DNA of 64,000 nt, from positions 31,682,001 to 31,746,000 of the forward strand of contig NC_086101.1 of the NCBI RefSeq assembly GCF_963921235.1, in the 5' to 3' direction. Both the position numbers and the translations under genes were made by a program. Every line of letters begins with the position of its first letter. The stretch's first letter is position 1. The stretch is from Mobula hypostoma. Lineage: Eukaryota. Positions 37,207 through 49,249 of this stretch are shown in pieces. The notes below the pieces were generated by a model. The model made no database searches. It worked only from the letters and a program-made list of their open reading frames with translations, and had not been told where the DNA came from.

Positions 37207-37807
37207 TGTACGGGGTCTGTCTTTTTTTTTATGTTAAATTTAAAATGGCTTCTTTGTTATGTTATACTGGGGAATGCTTCTTTGTTATGTTAAATGTTGA
37301 GAAAGTCTCTAGCTAGACAGTTGCTTGGGTTAATACAGACAGCAGGGTGCTATTAGCCAATGGGTGGTCATGTATCGTTTTGTTTTCAGATACAATGCTG
37401 TATCATATGACTGTGGATGGGGTTTTGGCGGGGAGACGGGGAGGACAGCGGACGTGCGGTAAAGCTCTGGTCGATCACTCCGGGTGATCCCAAGCCGTGA
37501 GTCGACAGTATTTGGGTGGTCATCAGGAATCGATTGAGCTCCAACAGTTGCACGCGAAGAACTTGGACTTTGATAAGTCTTGGTGCCTTTTTTTTCATTA
37601 CTTCCTTTTTCTGTATCGAATTTATATTAATATCTTAGAATTAGTAATGTCTATAAGGCGTACTTGGTAAAACGTACTGGGTGTGCTGGCTGATGATTGA
37701 TGTTTGGGCTTGATTCGGGTGGCAACCGACTCCGTGGGAAGCGTTGAGGCAGGTGCTGGGTGGGATTTCCCCTAGACAAATACGAGCCAATATAACTGAG
37801 TGTTACA
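37207..37807. mobile_element. Solo LTR (601 bp) with 4-bp TSD in the CR1 tail
   Basis: TGTA..TACA termini; TATG at 37203-37206 and 37808-37811. Confidence 0.78.
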
Positions 37808-37890
37808 TATGTTATATGGATATTTTGGCAGGTGTAACTGCACTGGTCCAATGAAATAATGGCCACGCAACATACAGATATCCTTGAAGA

Positions 37891-38612
37891 TTTATTTTTA
37901 TTTCTGTCTCTCTTTCTTCAGTAGACACCGTGAAAACTATAAGAAAATAAAGGACATAAAAAGTTTGAAACATACATCTCTCAGTCGTTTAAAGTCTCTC
38001 AAGCTAGTGTCCATCGATAAACAGTCCCAAAACACATCAGCACAACAGAAATGTGCTGAAATCAAATAAAATCACTAAAAACATATCACACTGAACATGT
38101 AAAGGCACATCAACAATATTATACACAATATAAACAAAAACAATTACTGTGTGCGCCTCTTGGACCACATGCAGAATAAGGTTATTTTAGGGCCATATGT
38201 CTTCCTCTGCTTCCATATTTGTTCTGACCCATAATACCACAACCATGTTTTTAGTAAACTCTAGTTATGTGACCCATTAAACTCTGGTCATGTGACCTGT
38301 TAAGCTCTACATTAAATAAAACCTTACATAAAAAGCACAAAATTCTTAATCAGACAATATTTTAAGCTGATAAAATAATCATGAATTTATGACAAAAACA
38401 TGTAAAATAAACATCTCAATAAAACATGTCTCTGAGACAGTTACTGCAGGCATGTCCATCCAACACATGTACTGCACTTCTTTCATAGCATTGCAACAGC
38501 CTCGTCAGAAAAAGACTGTAGTCTTGAAGAGCCTTTATGTTTTCAGATTTTGTACCAAAGAAAGAGGCTTTTGCATGTAGGCAGATGCAATTTTGTTCAT
38601 TACCAAATGTCC
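37891..38612 (-). other. Candidate 3' UTR exon 5 of the MHC class II alpha gene
   Basis: Exon 4 has a GTGAGT donor 2 nt after the stop, so a 3' UTR exon is expected. Candidate acceptor ttttactacAG at 38613-38614 and tandem AATAAA on the minus strand at 37891-37902. Boundaries unverified. Confidence 0.3.
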
Positions 38613-39402
38613 CTGTAGTAAAACTTTAGCTGTAACATATCCTTTCTTAGGGCTGTCATGCTGGTAACTTCTGACAAGTTCTCTAGGGCAACCCCTAATG
38701 TATTGGTCAAGGAAACAGAGGCAGTCACTTTGGCTGTCAGTCTTTCCTTCAACACTGTTTTCAAAAGCCTTTATAAATGTTTCAACATAGTATGAATCAA
38801 CAAAAGGTCACAGATAATCCTACCACAAGCTGCTCCAGTTTCACCAATGGGTCTGCGGCAATCCTTCACTGTAGAGTGGTATTCATTTTTTTGTTGACAA
38901 AATGTAGTAGTTACTTGAAAAACAAGCCAAAACCACTGAGAGACTGAGTGAGGGATTCGACACTGTGATATGCTTCCATATAATTGAGTTCTGTTGAAAA
39001 ACGTATGTTCAATCCTTTATTACAAAACCAGCAAAGACATATGGTCTTATCTAGTGATAAAAAAAGTAACAAAACTAGCATAGTGATAGTGAAATAAGCA
39101 GAACAAGCCAAATAAGTAAAGTTAGCAGTCAACAAAAAATATCCATGTCCCCGACTAATTCTTTCTCTAACTAAAATTAACGACACAAAGTGTGAATATG
39201 TAATTATACTCATATTCTTCTACCACATCCCAATCCACATGACAAATTTCCGTAACCCATAATAAAAATGCACAACACAAAGTACAACGCAGACAGACAG
39301 AAAATAGATACATGGCTCCTATGGAGTTCTCCGACTGAGGATTTCTTCCAAGGCCAGGATCCCAGACACAGACTGGGAGTCCTCACTGGGCCCAACACTC
39401 AC

Positions 39403-39550
39403 CCCTAGATGCCCTGCTGCTGAGCCTGCAGACGCTGCCTCTCTTTGATCAGTAGGATGATTCCAACCACGGCACTGATAATTCCCAGGGAGAGTCCCAG
39501 TGCACAGATCACGGTTCCTAGGCCAGAGACTTCCTCGGGTACCTCGGGTT
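39403..39550 (-). CDS. MHC class II alpha exon 4 (connecting peptide, TM, cytoplasmic tail)
   Basis: ctttccccAG acceptor; (E)PEVPEEVSGLGTVICALGLSLGIISAVVGIILLIKERQRLQAQQQGI*; class II alpha TM pattern CALGxxxGxxxxxxG; stop at 39405-39407 then GG|GTGAGT. Confidence 0.93.
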
Positions 39551-40419
39551 CTGGGGAAAGACAAGAGAAGGGTGAAAGTTCGCAGTTAAACATACAGTGG
39601 ACACACAGTGACTGTTCATTCACTAAGCTAACCTTGCTAGAGGAGAGTCTGGCCCAACACTAACACGCCTCCCCAACAGTGGCAAACCCCTGTCCACACA
39701 CGTTAGTGAGCCTGTGGTCTGCGGTCACAGTCCCTACTCAGGGCCCACAGACGGGGGTGACACAGGATATTGATAACTGAGCTTTGAGTCAGTGTGTGAA
39801 TAATTATAGAAAGGATGTTAAAGGGTCAGAGATCACACAGCTCCACTCCCTAGGATATTAACAGAGAGAGAACTAGTTGGGTGAAAGACTCACAGATACT
39901 AAATAGCAAACACTCAGCATTCCTATCGTCCCAGCAATTGGAAAAGTAGCACTCTGCGTGTCTTACACCTTTCCTTGAGGAATTGAGGATATAAAAAAAA
40001 ATCATTTTGAACCTATGTAACCTCTGGCTAAAAGAATAATTGGGACTGAATAGGAATTTTTGAACTGAAGTAAACTCTGTCTTCAGCAGTTAGCTAAAAA
40101 CCAGCTTATACTAGTTCTCCCTTGGTTTCCAGAGAGACTTTGAGAGTTTGATAACATTGTACATTGTACCCTCGTTTGAGTAGAAGGAGGAGGACTCACC
40201 AATAAGGACAGGAAGAGAACATCCATCTGTAATTAAGTCAGGGCCTAGCAAAGGGAATAACTGATAAAGACTGGACAGTACATCCATCTGTAATTAAACC
40301 TTGATTTAGTGGATTCTCTTATCTATGTAATTAAGTTTTGCACCAATAGACTTCGTGGGCGTACCAGTTCAGATAACATCTTGCAACAATAATGTATGGG
40401 GCTTAATAATAATAGGCAT

Positions 40420-40716
40420 CTGTTAGTCTTGTGAGACTTGTGGATTTGCGCCTTGGAAGGTTTCCAGGGCACAAGCCTGGGCAAGGTTGTATGGAAGACT
40501 GGCAGTTGCCCATGCTGCAAGTCTCCCCTCTCCACACCACCGATGTTGTCCAAGGGAAGGGAAAGAGCCGATACAGCTTGGCACCAGTGTCATCGCAGAG
40601 CAATGTGCGATTAAGTGCCTTGCTCAAGGACACAACACATTGCCTCAGCTGAGGCTCGAACTAGCGACCTTCAGATCACTAGACCAACACCTTAACCATT
40701 TGGCCATACGCCAACA
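40420..40716 (-). mobile_element. tRNA-derived SINE with CORE-like block and RTE-like 3' body
   Basis: Head matches 32624-32730; body matches 25760-25910. Confidence 0.75.
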
Positions 40717-41385
40717 CATATGTATGGGGCTTACTATGTATAAGTATATGGCTGTAACCTGACTAAGTAGGCCCACTTGTCGGATGCTGGCAGTACTTAC
40801 GTGCCTTCCCTCTGACACTGAGTCTCAAACTCCTGCAGGAGGGTGCGCAATAAACTGATGTAACTATAAGAAGCTGGTCTCCCGAGTTTTATTCAGATTC
40901 TACTTTGACATCCTCTTCAATCATCTGTATAGATAGCTCAAAAATTCATTCAAACTGTTTCCAGCTTCAGATCCCATCCTGATACAGAACTCCTCATATA
41001 AAACCATAGATATAGGAGCAGAATTAGTCCATTTGGCCCATCGAGTCAGCTCTGCCATTTCATCGTGGCTAATCCAATTTTCCTCTCAGCTCAAATCTCC
41101 TGCCTTCTCCCCATATCCCTTCATGCCTGGACCAATAAAGAATTTATCAACCTCTGCCTTAAATATGCATAATGACTAGGCCTCCACAGCTGCCTGTGGC
41201 AAAGAATTCCACAAAATAGCCACTTCCTTGCTAAATAAATTCCGCCTCATCTCCATTCTAAATGGAGACCCCTCTATTCTAAGGCTGTGTCCGCTAGTCT
41301 TAAACTCTCCTACCAGAGAAAACATCCTGTTCACATCCTCTCTATCAAGGCATTTCACCATTTGATAGATTTCAATGAGGCCACT

Positions 41386-44300
41386 TAGTCTGTGAGCCAG
41401 GACCCCAAATTTGGGCCATCAGTACCACCTGGGGGGAATAATTCTTATAGTGATTTTTGGCAAGGTATACACCCCTAGTGCTAAAAAAAATGTGATAGCA
41501 TTGCAGCGGTGGTAGCTTTCTGTGTGTCCCAAGAATCTACTATCACCAAAAATGCCGAAGCCTCTTCACCATGAAGAGAGACTTAGAGACTCTGAAAAGG
41601 AAAGCCAAGGAAAGCATTACTGATGAAGCTGGTGAGAATACCAGTACATCAAAAAGTCCAAGTAGGAGATCTTCATCAGAAGCAAGGTTGTATGATCAAA
41701 TCTGCATTTTTTGTAATAAGGTGAAATTCCTGAAGGGCTCCAAGTCACGTGAAAAGCTTACACAAGCTGTACAACTCAGAGCTGATCAAACACTACGAGA
41801 ATGTGCAACCCAAAAGGAAGATGAAAAGATTCTAGCAGTAACAAGCAGAGACATAGTTGCTGCAGAGGCCCACTATCATGTTTCATGCTGTAAGTATTAT
41901 ACCAGAATCAAGAAAAAAGAACCTGAGTACAAGGAGAATGATGATGAAACAGATGGTGATGAACTGTATAAAAGGTTTGAAAGGGAAGCCTATAAAGACC
42001 TTTCAAGTATATCGGAACTGATATCATACCCAACAAGATGACTGTACGAGTCACTTTTTTGGTCATGAATCTTGAATCTTTTATGCTATCTGGTGGAGTT
42101 ACACTCCTGCAAGATTCTACAAGGAAGCACATTCGTAGGAAACTGGAATCTGAGCTGGGCAATTCAGTAGATATATTTCCAGATGACAAAGGAAAATTGT
42201 TAATGGTTTCTGAAAGTGTATCATTAAGGGACGTTGTCTTGGAAAATCAAACTCTACAGAGGGAACTCAAAGTTTGGAGGGCCAAGGCAACCAATTTCGA
42301 CAAGATCATAGATCAGGCTTCATCACATATCAGATCAATCATTAGACAGGAGGTGACTGTGACTCCCTGGCCATTCCATCCATCTGATGTGAAAGATAGT
42401 GCTCATATCTCCATACCAGATCAACTAGAGCGGCTTCTTGTTGGACTGCTCACTGGAAATGCTCACACCAAGACTCAAACACAGAGAGTCACTGCTCTGG
42501 TTCAGTCACTTAATCAGGACATAATATATGCTGTGACATGTGGTCAACATAAACCACCAAAGCACCTTCTACTCCCTTATGCGGTAAAAACATTGACGGG
42601 TAACACTGAGCTCATCCAAATACTGAACAGGCTTGGGCATGGGGTGTCTTACACCCAACTTGAAGAGAACAACACTGCTCTGTGTCTCCAAAAGCTAGCA
42701 ACTGCCTCCAACCAGAGAGTTGTACTTCCAGCCTCCATCAAGCCTCATGTCTTCACCAATCTTGCATGGGACAATATCTATAGACTTGAGGAAACTCTCA
42801 CTGTAAAGGGTACATCACATAGAGGCAATGGCATAGTGGTACAGGCCAATGTCTATGGACCACATCTGCCAAGAGCTGAGTTTCCACACAATGAGAAACT
42901 GGAGCAGAGATCAGTCGCCATTGAGGACTAAGAACTGGAAGTATATGTAGCAGGTGCACATGTGGGCCCACAGCCTCTCTCAGGAAACCAAGGAAGCTGC
43001 TCTTCTTGCCTGCAAGAAGAACCTGGTGTGGAGACTTGCGAGGCAAACAGATCCAGAGAATCTGACAATCCCAAGCTGGACTGGTTTTAATATCAGCACC
43101 AGGGACCAAGAACCAATCTCACAAGATATTGTTGGGGATCTGCCAACCATCAATTCACCAGCCACAGAGTTGACCACAGTATTTGAAATCCTGAACCAGT
43201 CAGAGCTCATCAGGAAGGAACTTCATCTAGAGACAATTGTAGTAGTCATGGATCAAGCACTCTATGCAAAAGCCACTGAAATTGCCTGGAAGCACAAAGA
43301 GCGCTTTTTCCAACACTCTTCTCAGGATGGGGACATTCCATACCATATGCAATGCCTTAGCCATCCTTGGAAAGTGATTTTGGGATGCTGCTCTAAAGGA
43401 CGTATGCATAGAGGCTGGAATTGTCGCAGAGGGGTCCATCAATGGAGTCCTTGATGGTAAACACTACAATAGTGCTGTCAGGGTCCACAAGCACATTTAT
43501 GAAGCACTGATGAGACTCGCATGGGCAGAGTTCACACCATGGGTTGAGGACAATGTTCCAGAGGGGAGTGGGATAATCAAATCATTCTTAGTCCATGTGA
43601 ACAACATGGCCAGTGACTTGAAACAACAGAAGTTGAACCATCTGCTGCAAAGTCCAATTAGAGCTTTGTGATGTGGAGCTACAGCGGCCAAGAATCCAGA
43701 AAGATGAGGAAGCAGTTTCAGCAGTGGTTAGCCTCATACATGAATGGGTCAACCCATCTGCAGAGAAGCGGGACCTCATTAGCATCTCTACGGCAAAGGC
43801 AGCCCCCAAGGACATTGCCTCCGACCTGATAAAGGCATATGAGATTGGTGAGCAATGCTATGCAACCTTCAAGGATGAGAGACTAGAGGAAGGCCCACCA
43901 GCAAAAAAATTCCATGACCCAGTGAGAACCAACAAGCTGAAAACATTCAGTGATATGTGTAAGAAGAGAGAAGTGAAATCAAATGGGAGGGCGATCATCT
44001 TGAAAGCAGACAGGTCTTTGTCTGGACAGGGGCACAGTCTACATATGGAGGATATCCTTTCTCATCCCCTTGGACCATTGCCCTGGGCCCTGTCCACACC
44101 AGAAGGATTGCTGAGAAAGACAAATAAAGCTACTTTAGCCACAACCTTGCAGAAAAATGTAGCAGTAGAAGAGCATCTCCCAGGAAACTCTGCTACAGTG
44201 GTTGATGGAATGAACTTGGTCCAAAAAGTAAAAGGTGATCAAGTTACTTTCAGAGATGTTGCCACAACAATTCTGGGTATGGCTCTGAGAGAAGGCAGTC

Positions 44301-46267
44301 AGAGTAGCAGAATAGATGTTGTGCTCGACACATACAAGGAGAACTCTATCAAGAATAGTGAAAGATCTCTACGGGGTGAAGAGACTGGTCATGAGTTGCA
44401 AGGTATCACAGGTACACAGATGGTGAGGCAGTGGAGGAGCTTCCTGACCAAAGTCAGTCACAAAAATAGTCTCATTAGCTTCATAGTCCATGAATGGAGG
44501 AAGGCGGTGTACAGAGCAAAGCTATAGGAGATTCTGTGTGCAACTGTGAATGACAAATGTTACAGAATCACATCTCAAGACAGTGAAAAGGTGTCAGCTC
44601 TTCGGTATCAACAAGAAGAAGCAGATGGCCGCCTAATTCTCCATGCTGCCCATGCCACAAGAGAGGGATACCAGTCTGTAGTGATCTGCTCAGAAGACAC
44701 AGATGTCTTTATCATGTCTTTAGCATTTTGTGACAAGATTGAAGCCCCGTTGTTCCAGAAGTGTGGCACTAGAACCCGTACAAGGCTTGTAGACATCAGG
44801 AAGGTTGCTGCCACTGTTGGCATAGAGGTTTGTAGGGCTCTCATCGGGTTGCACGCATATACAGGATGTGACACTGTAAGCGCTTTTGCAGGCAAAGGGA
44901 AGACAAGTGCCCTAAAGCTTCTGACGGCAGCAGGAAAACTCAGGACACATTCTTAGAGTTGGGTCAGGAATGGGACTTCTCCCCAGGACTGATGGACAAA
45001 CTGGAGGCTTTTACATGTCTCCTGTATGCCCCAAAAGCATCGACCATCAAGGTTAATGAGCTCAGGTATCACATTTTCTGTGCCAAAAAAGGTGAAATCG
45101 AAAGTCATCAACTCCCATCATGCAAGGACTGCTTAACAAAACATGCACAGCGAGCCAACTACCAGGCTGGTATATGGAGAAGATGTTTGGAGAAGGACAC
45201 ACAAGTGCCAAGCCCTGTTGGCAGAGGATGGAAGATGGAGAGAGAAGAGGAAGCTGAACAGTTGGTGGTGCACTGGGTGGAAGGCCAGCCAGCACCCGAT
45301 GCCATCCTGGATCTACTGGCCTGTAACTGTCCAAAAAAATGTTCACTCCCAAGATGTATGTGTGTTGCAAATGGCCTCAGGTGTACTGACATGTGTAGAC
45401 TGGCAGACTGTGAGAACCAGGCATCCACCTCAGAGAGTGTGGAAAGTTCAGATGAAGATGTGGAAGACGTGGAAGACTTGGAAAAGTATTATGATTATTA
45501 GTAGGTTATGAAAGTATGGAAAGCAGTCTTTGATTAAATATATTCATTTTACAACCAAATGGAGCCTAGGTTATGGCCGTGTGGAACCCCACATTTGAAT
45601 TATTGTACTGTAATTCTATATGCTATGGCAAAAGCTTAAGATTGTTTTGATTTGATACAACAATATGGAAAATATCATGACATTAATAAAACTCCAGAAA
45701 TCTCTCCAAATGAGGTTTTTTTACCTTTGGGGGGGGTAACATTTTCTGCTATACTGATGTTAATATGGAATATATACAAAAGATGATAACTTCTTTGAAT
45801 TCCTGAATAAATTCTCTACAAATCCATGAGATAATATGTGCCCGAAGGTTTTCATTGACTTTTTCCAAAATAAACAGCAGACAAATATTTTTCTAAAAAT
45901 AAAACTGAAATTGGGCACTGTACTGTGAGTGCCACCAATGACATAGTTTTCAATGTAAAAGTTTATAACAACATTTGATGAAAAGTGCTTGAACTCAGCT
46001 ATCATTGTGACAAATTTCAATGTTGAGGGATCACTGATGACAAAATACCACTAGTTTGAATATATATGTTGTACTTTATATTGGCCACTTTTCAGAAATG
46101 CTTATTGTAGGGTAGTGTTATAAAATGCATGAGAGCACACATAAAGCTACCACTGGTGCAATGCTATCACATATTTTCTAACTCTAGAGATGTATACCTT
46201 GCCAAAAATCACTATGAGCATTATTCCCCTCAGATCGTACCGACCAACCCTATTGGCTTACAGACTA
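41386..46267 (+). mobile_element. Academ (AcademX-type) DNA transposon, frameshifted
   Basis: TAGTCTGT..ACAGACTA ends with ~135-bp imperfect TIRs; ACT at 41383-41385 and 46268-46270. Protein pieces: AAEAHYH, AWDNI, MDQALY, XPG-like QEEADGRL/EDTDV/HAYTGCDTVSAFAGKGK, and C-terminal CxCxxxCxxxxCxCxxxxxxCxxxCxxxxC (8 Cys). Confidence 0.85.
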
Positions 46268-46457
46268 ACTCTTCATTGTTCTGAATTCCAGTGAATACAG
46301 GCCCAGAGCCATCAAATACGCTTCATATGACAAGCCAATCAATCCTGGAATCATTTTCGTGACCCTCCTCTGAACCCTCTTCAGTTTCAGCTCATCCTTT
46401 CTAAGAGCCCAAAGCTGCTCATAATGCTCCAAGTGAGGCCTCACCAGTGCTTTATAA

Positions 46458-47183
46458 CAGTGGTCCCCAACCAACTGGCCGCAAAGTATGTGCTACCAGG
46501 CCATAAGGAAACAATATGAGTCAGCTGCACCTTTCCTCATTCCCTGTCACGCACTGTTTAACTTGAACATAGGGTTGCCAACTGTCCCATATTTGCCGAG
46601 GCATTCCATATATTGGGCTAAATTTGTTTGTCCCGTATTTCCCCCGCTAAGGTAGAGCAGTCCTATGAAACCTTTCGTGCCAAAATGGCGCAAAGCGAAG
46701 AAGCAATTACCATTAATTTATATGGGAAAAATTTTTGAGCGTTCGCAGACCCACAAAATTACCAAATCATACCAAATAACGCATAAAACCGAAAATAAAT
46801 AACACTAACAAATAGAAAAGCAGGAATGATATGATAAATATGCAGCCAATATAAAGTAGAAATAATGTATGTAGAGTATCGTCGGGAAGATGAAGGCAAA
46901 ACCGATTTGTGGGGGAAAAAAATCGGCACGTACACGCATGCGCACACAGGTGCCCACGCAAGGCTTCATGGTCATGGTAGTCTTTCTTGGGGTAAAGAGT
47001 CCCGGGATTTGACTGCTATTTTTGTTTCTTATTTGAGAGTGAGAAAGTTGGCAACCCTAACTGTAAAAGACATGTTGAGGTGAGTTTAACCCTACTTGAA
47101 CACACTCCCCCAGGTTGGCAGGTCCGCAAGAATATTGTCGATATTAAACTGGTCCGCAGTGCAAAAAAGGTTTGGGACCCCTG
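46458..47183. mobile_element. hAT/Charlie-type MITE with 8-bp TSD
   Basis: CAGTGGTCCCCAACC ... GGTTTGGGACCCCTG; CTTTATAA at 46450-46457 and 47184-47191. Confidence 0.85.
46570..47094. mobile_element. Blackjack-like hAT MITE nested in the Charlie MITE
   Basis: Starts TAGGGTTGCCAACT; CTTGAACA at 46562-46569 and 47095-47102. Confidence 0.7.
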
Positions 47184-48764
47184 CTTTATAAAGTCTCAAC
47201 ATTACATCCTTCTATGATATTCTATTCCCCTTGAAATGAATGCTAACCTTGCATTTGCTTTCCTCACCACAGAATCAATCTGCAAATTAACCTTTCGGGA
47301 ATCTTGCACAAGGACTCCCAAATCCTTTTGCACCTCAGTATTTTGTATTTTCTCTCCATTTAGAAAATAGTTAACCTTTCCATTTCTTCTATAAAAGTGC
47401 ATGACCATACACTTCCCGACACTGTATTCCATCTGCCATTTCTTTGTCCATTCTCCTAATCTGCCTAAGTCCCTCTGTAGCCTCTCTACTCCCTGAAAAC
47501 CACTTGCCCTCTAACTATCTTCATATCATCTGCAAATTTTGCAACAAAGCCCTCAATTCCATCATCCAAATCACTGACATATAACATGAAAAGAATTGGT
47601 TCCAACACAGACCCCTGTGGAACACCACTAGTCACCGGCAGCCAGCCAGAAGAGGCTTCCTTTATTCCCACTCTTTGCCTCCTGCCAATCAGCCACTGCT
47701 TTATCCATGCTAGATTTTTGCCTGTAATACCATGAGCTTGTAGCTTATTAGCAGTTTCATGTGCGGCACCTTGTCAAAGGCCGTCTGAAAATCTAAATAC
47801 AGAACATCAACCAATTCTTCTTTGTCTATCCCACTTGTTATTTCTTCAAAGAATTCCAACAGATTTGTCAAGCAAGATTTTCCCTTGAAGAAACCTGACT
47901 ACAGCGTATTTTATCATGTGCCTCCAAGTACCCTGAGACCTGATCCTTAATAATTGACTCCAACATCTTCCCAGTCACTAACGTCAAACTAACTGGTCTA
48001 TAGTTTCCTTTCTTCTGCCTCTTTTTCTTCTTGAAGAGTAGACTGACATTTGCAATTTTCCAGTTTTACAGAACCATTCCAGAATCTAGTGATTCTTGAA
48101 AAATTATTACTAATGCCTCCACAATCTCTTCAGCCAGCTGTTTCAGAACTCTGCGGTGTATACCATCTGGTCCAGGTGACTTAACCACCTTCAGACCTTT
48201 CAGTTTCCTAAGAACCTTCTCTCTAATTACAGCAACTTCACACACTTCATGCCCCCTGATGCCTGGGATCTTCCAGCATAATGCTGATGTCTTCCACAGT
48301 GAAGACTGATGCAAAATACATATGCAGTTCATCCACCCTTTCCTTGACCCCATTACTACCTCTCCAGCATCATTTTCCAGTGGTCCGATATCCACTCTCG
48401 CCTCTCTTTTACACTTTAATTATCTAAAGAAACTTCTGGAATTCCTCTTTAATATTACTGGTTAGCTTATCTTCATATTCCATCTTTACCTTCTTAATGA
48501 CTTTTTAGTTGCCCTCTGTTGGTTGTTAAAAGCTTCCCAATCCTGTAACTTCCTTCTATTACATGCCCTGTCTTTGGCTTTTATGTTGGCTTTGACTTCC
48601 CTTGTTAGTCGTGGTTGAGTGATATTTCTTTTAGACTACTATTTATCCTGTGCATTCTGAGCTGCTTCCAGGAATTCCAGCCATTGCTACTTTGATGTCA
48701 TCCCTGCCAGTGTCCTTTTCCAATCAATTCTATCCAACTCCTCTCTCATGTCTCTGTAATTCCC

Positions 48765-49225
48765 TTTCTTTCCTTCCTTCCTTCTTTCTTCCCTTAACTC
48801 CTGGTGGAGCCGTCGGGGCGCCGTCACGACAAGCTTTGCACCAGTTTGGTGTTCTCATCATGCGGTGTGTCTGGGGCATCTGAAACCTGGCGGAGCCCAT
48901 CCCTCTCCAGGTTTGACCGCAGCCAATTTCCTCCAACTAGGTGGCTCACCTTGGTCGTGAACATGTGACCGTTATAGTTCATCTGAGAATCTTTCTGCCC
49001 CGGCCGGTGGCTTCATCATGGAAGTCATTCGCCCAGTGGTGCCGTGTTAACACCACCCCCTCACATGGTTTAGCCCGCCAGCTGAAGCGGTTTACCAGGG
49101 TATGGCACTTGGAGCCCACACGTGAGAGATTTAGGAGATGGATGAGGACCAGTGATGCCTGTCCACGCCTGTCTGGTAGGGAGCAGCATGCCAGACATCA
49201 AAGGTACTACCTCTATCCAGAGCCC
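48765..49225 (-). mobile_element. Unclassified short insertion in CR1 with a (CTTC)n end
   Basis: GC-richer block interrupting CR1 sequence, pyrimidine microsatellite at the left end; family not recognised. Confidence 0.4.
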
Positions 49226-49249
49226 CCTATACCCCTATTACCTTTACTC

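Larger units (their letters stand above)
41000..48640 (-). mobile_element. CR1 host element interrupted by Academ and MITEs
   Basis: 3' end at 41000-41385 continues at 46268; RT pieces in ORFs 46265-46474, 47202-47432, 47486-47671 (FADD) and 48066-48395. Confidence 0.8.
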
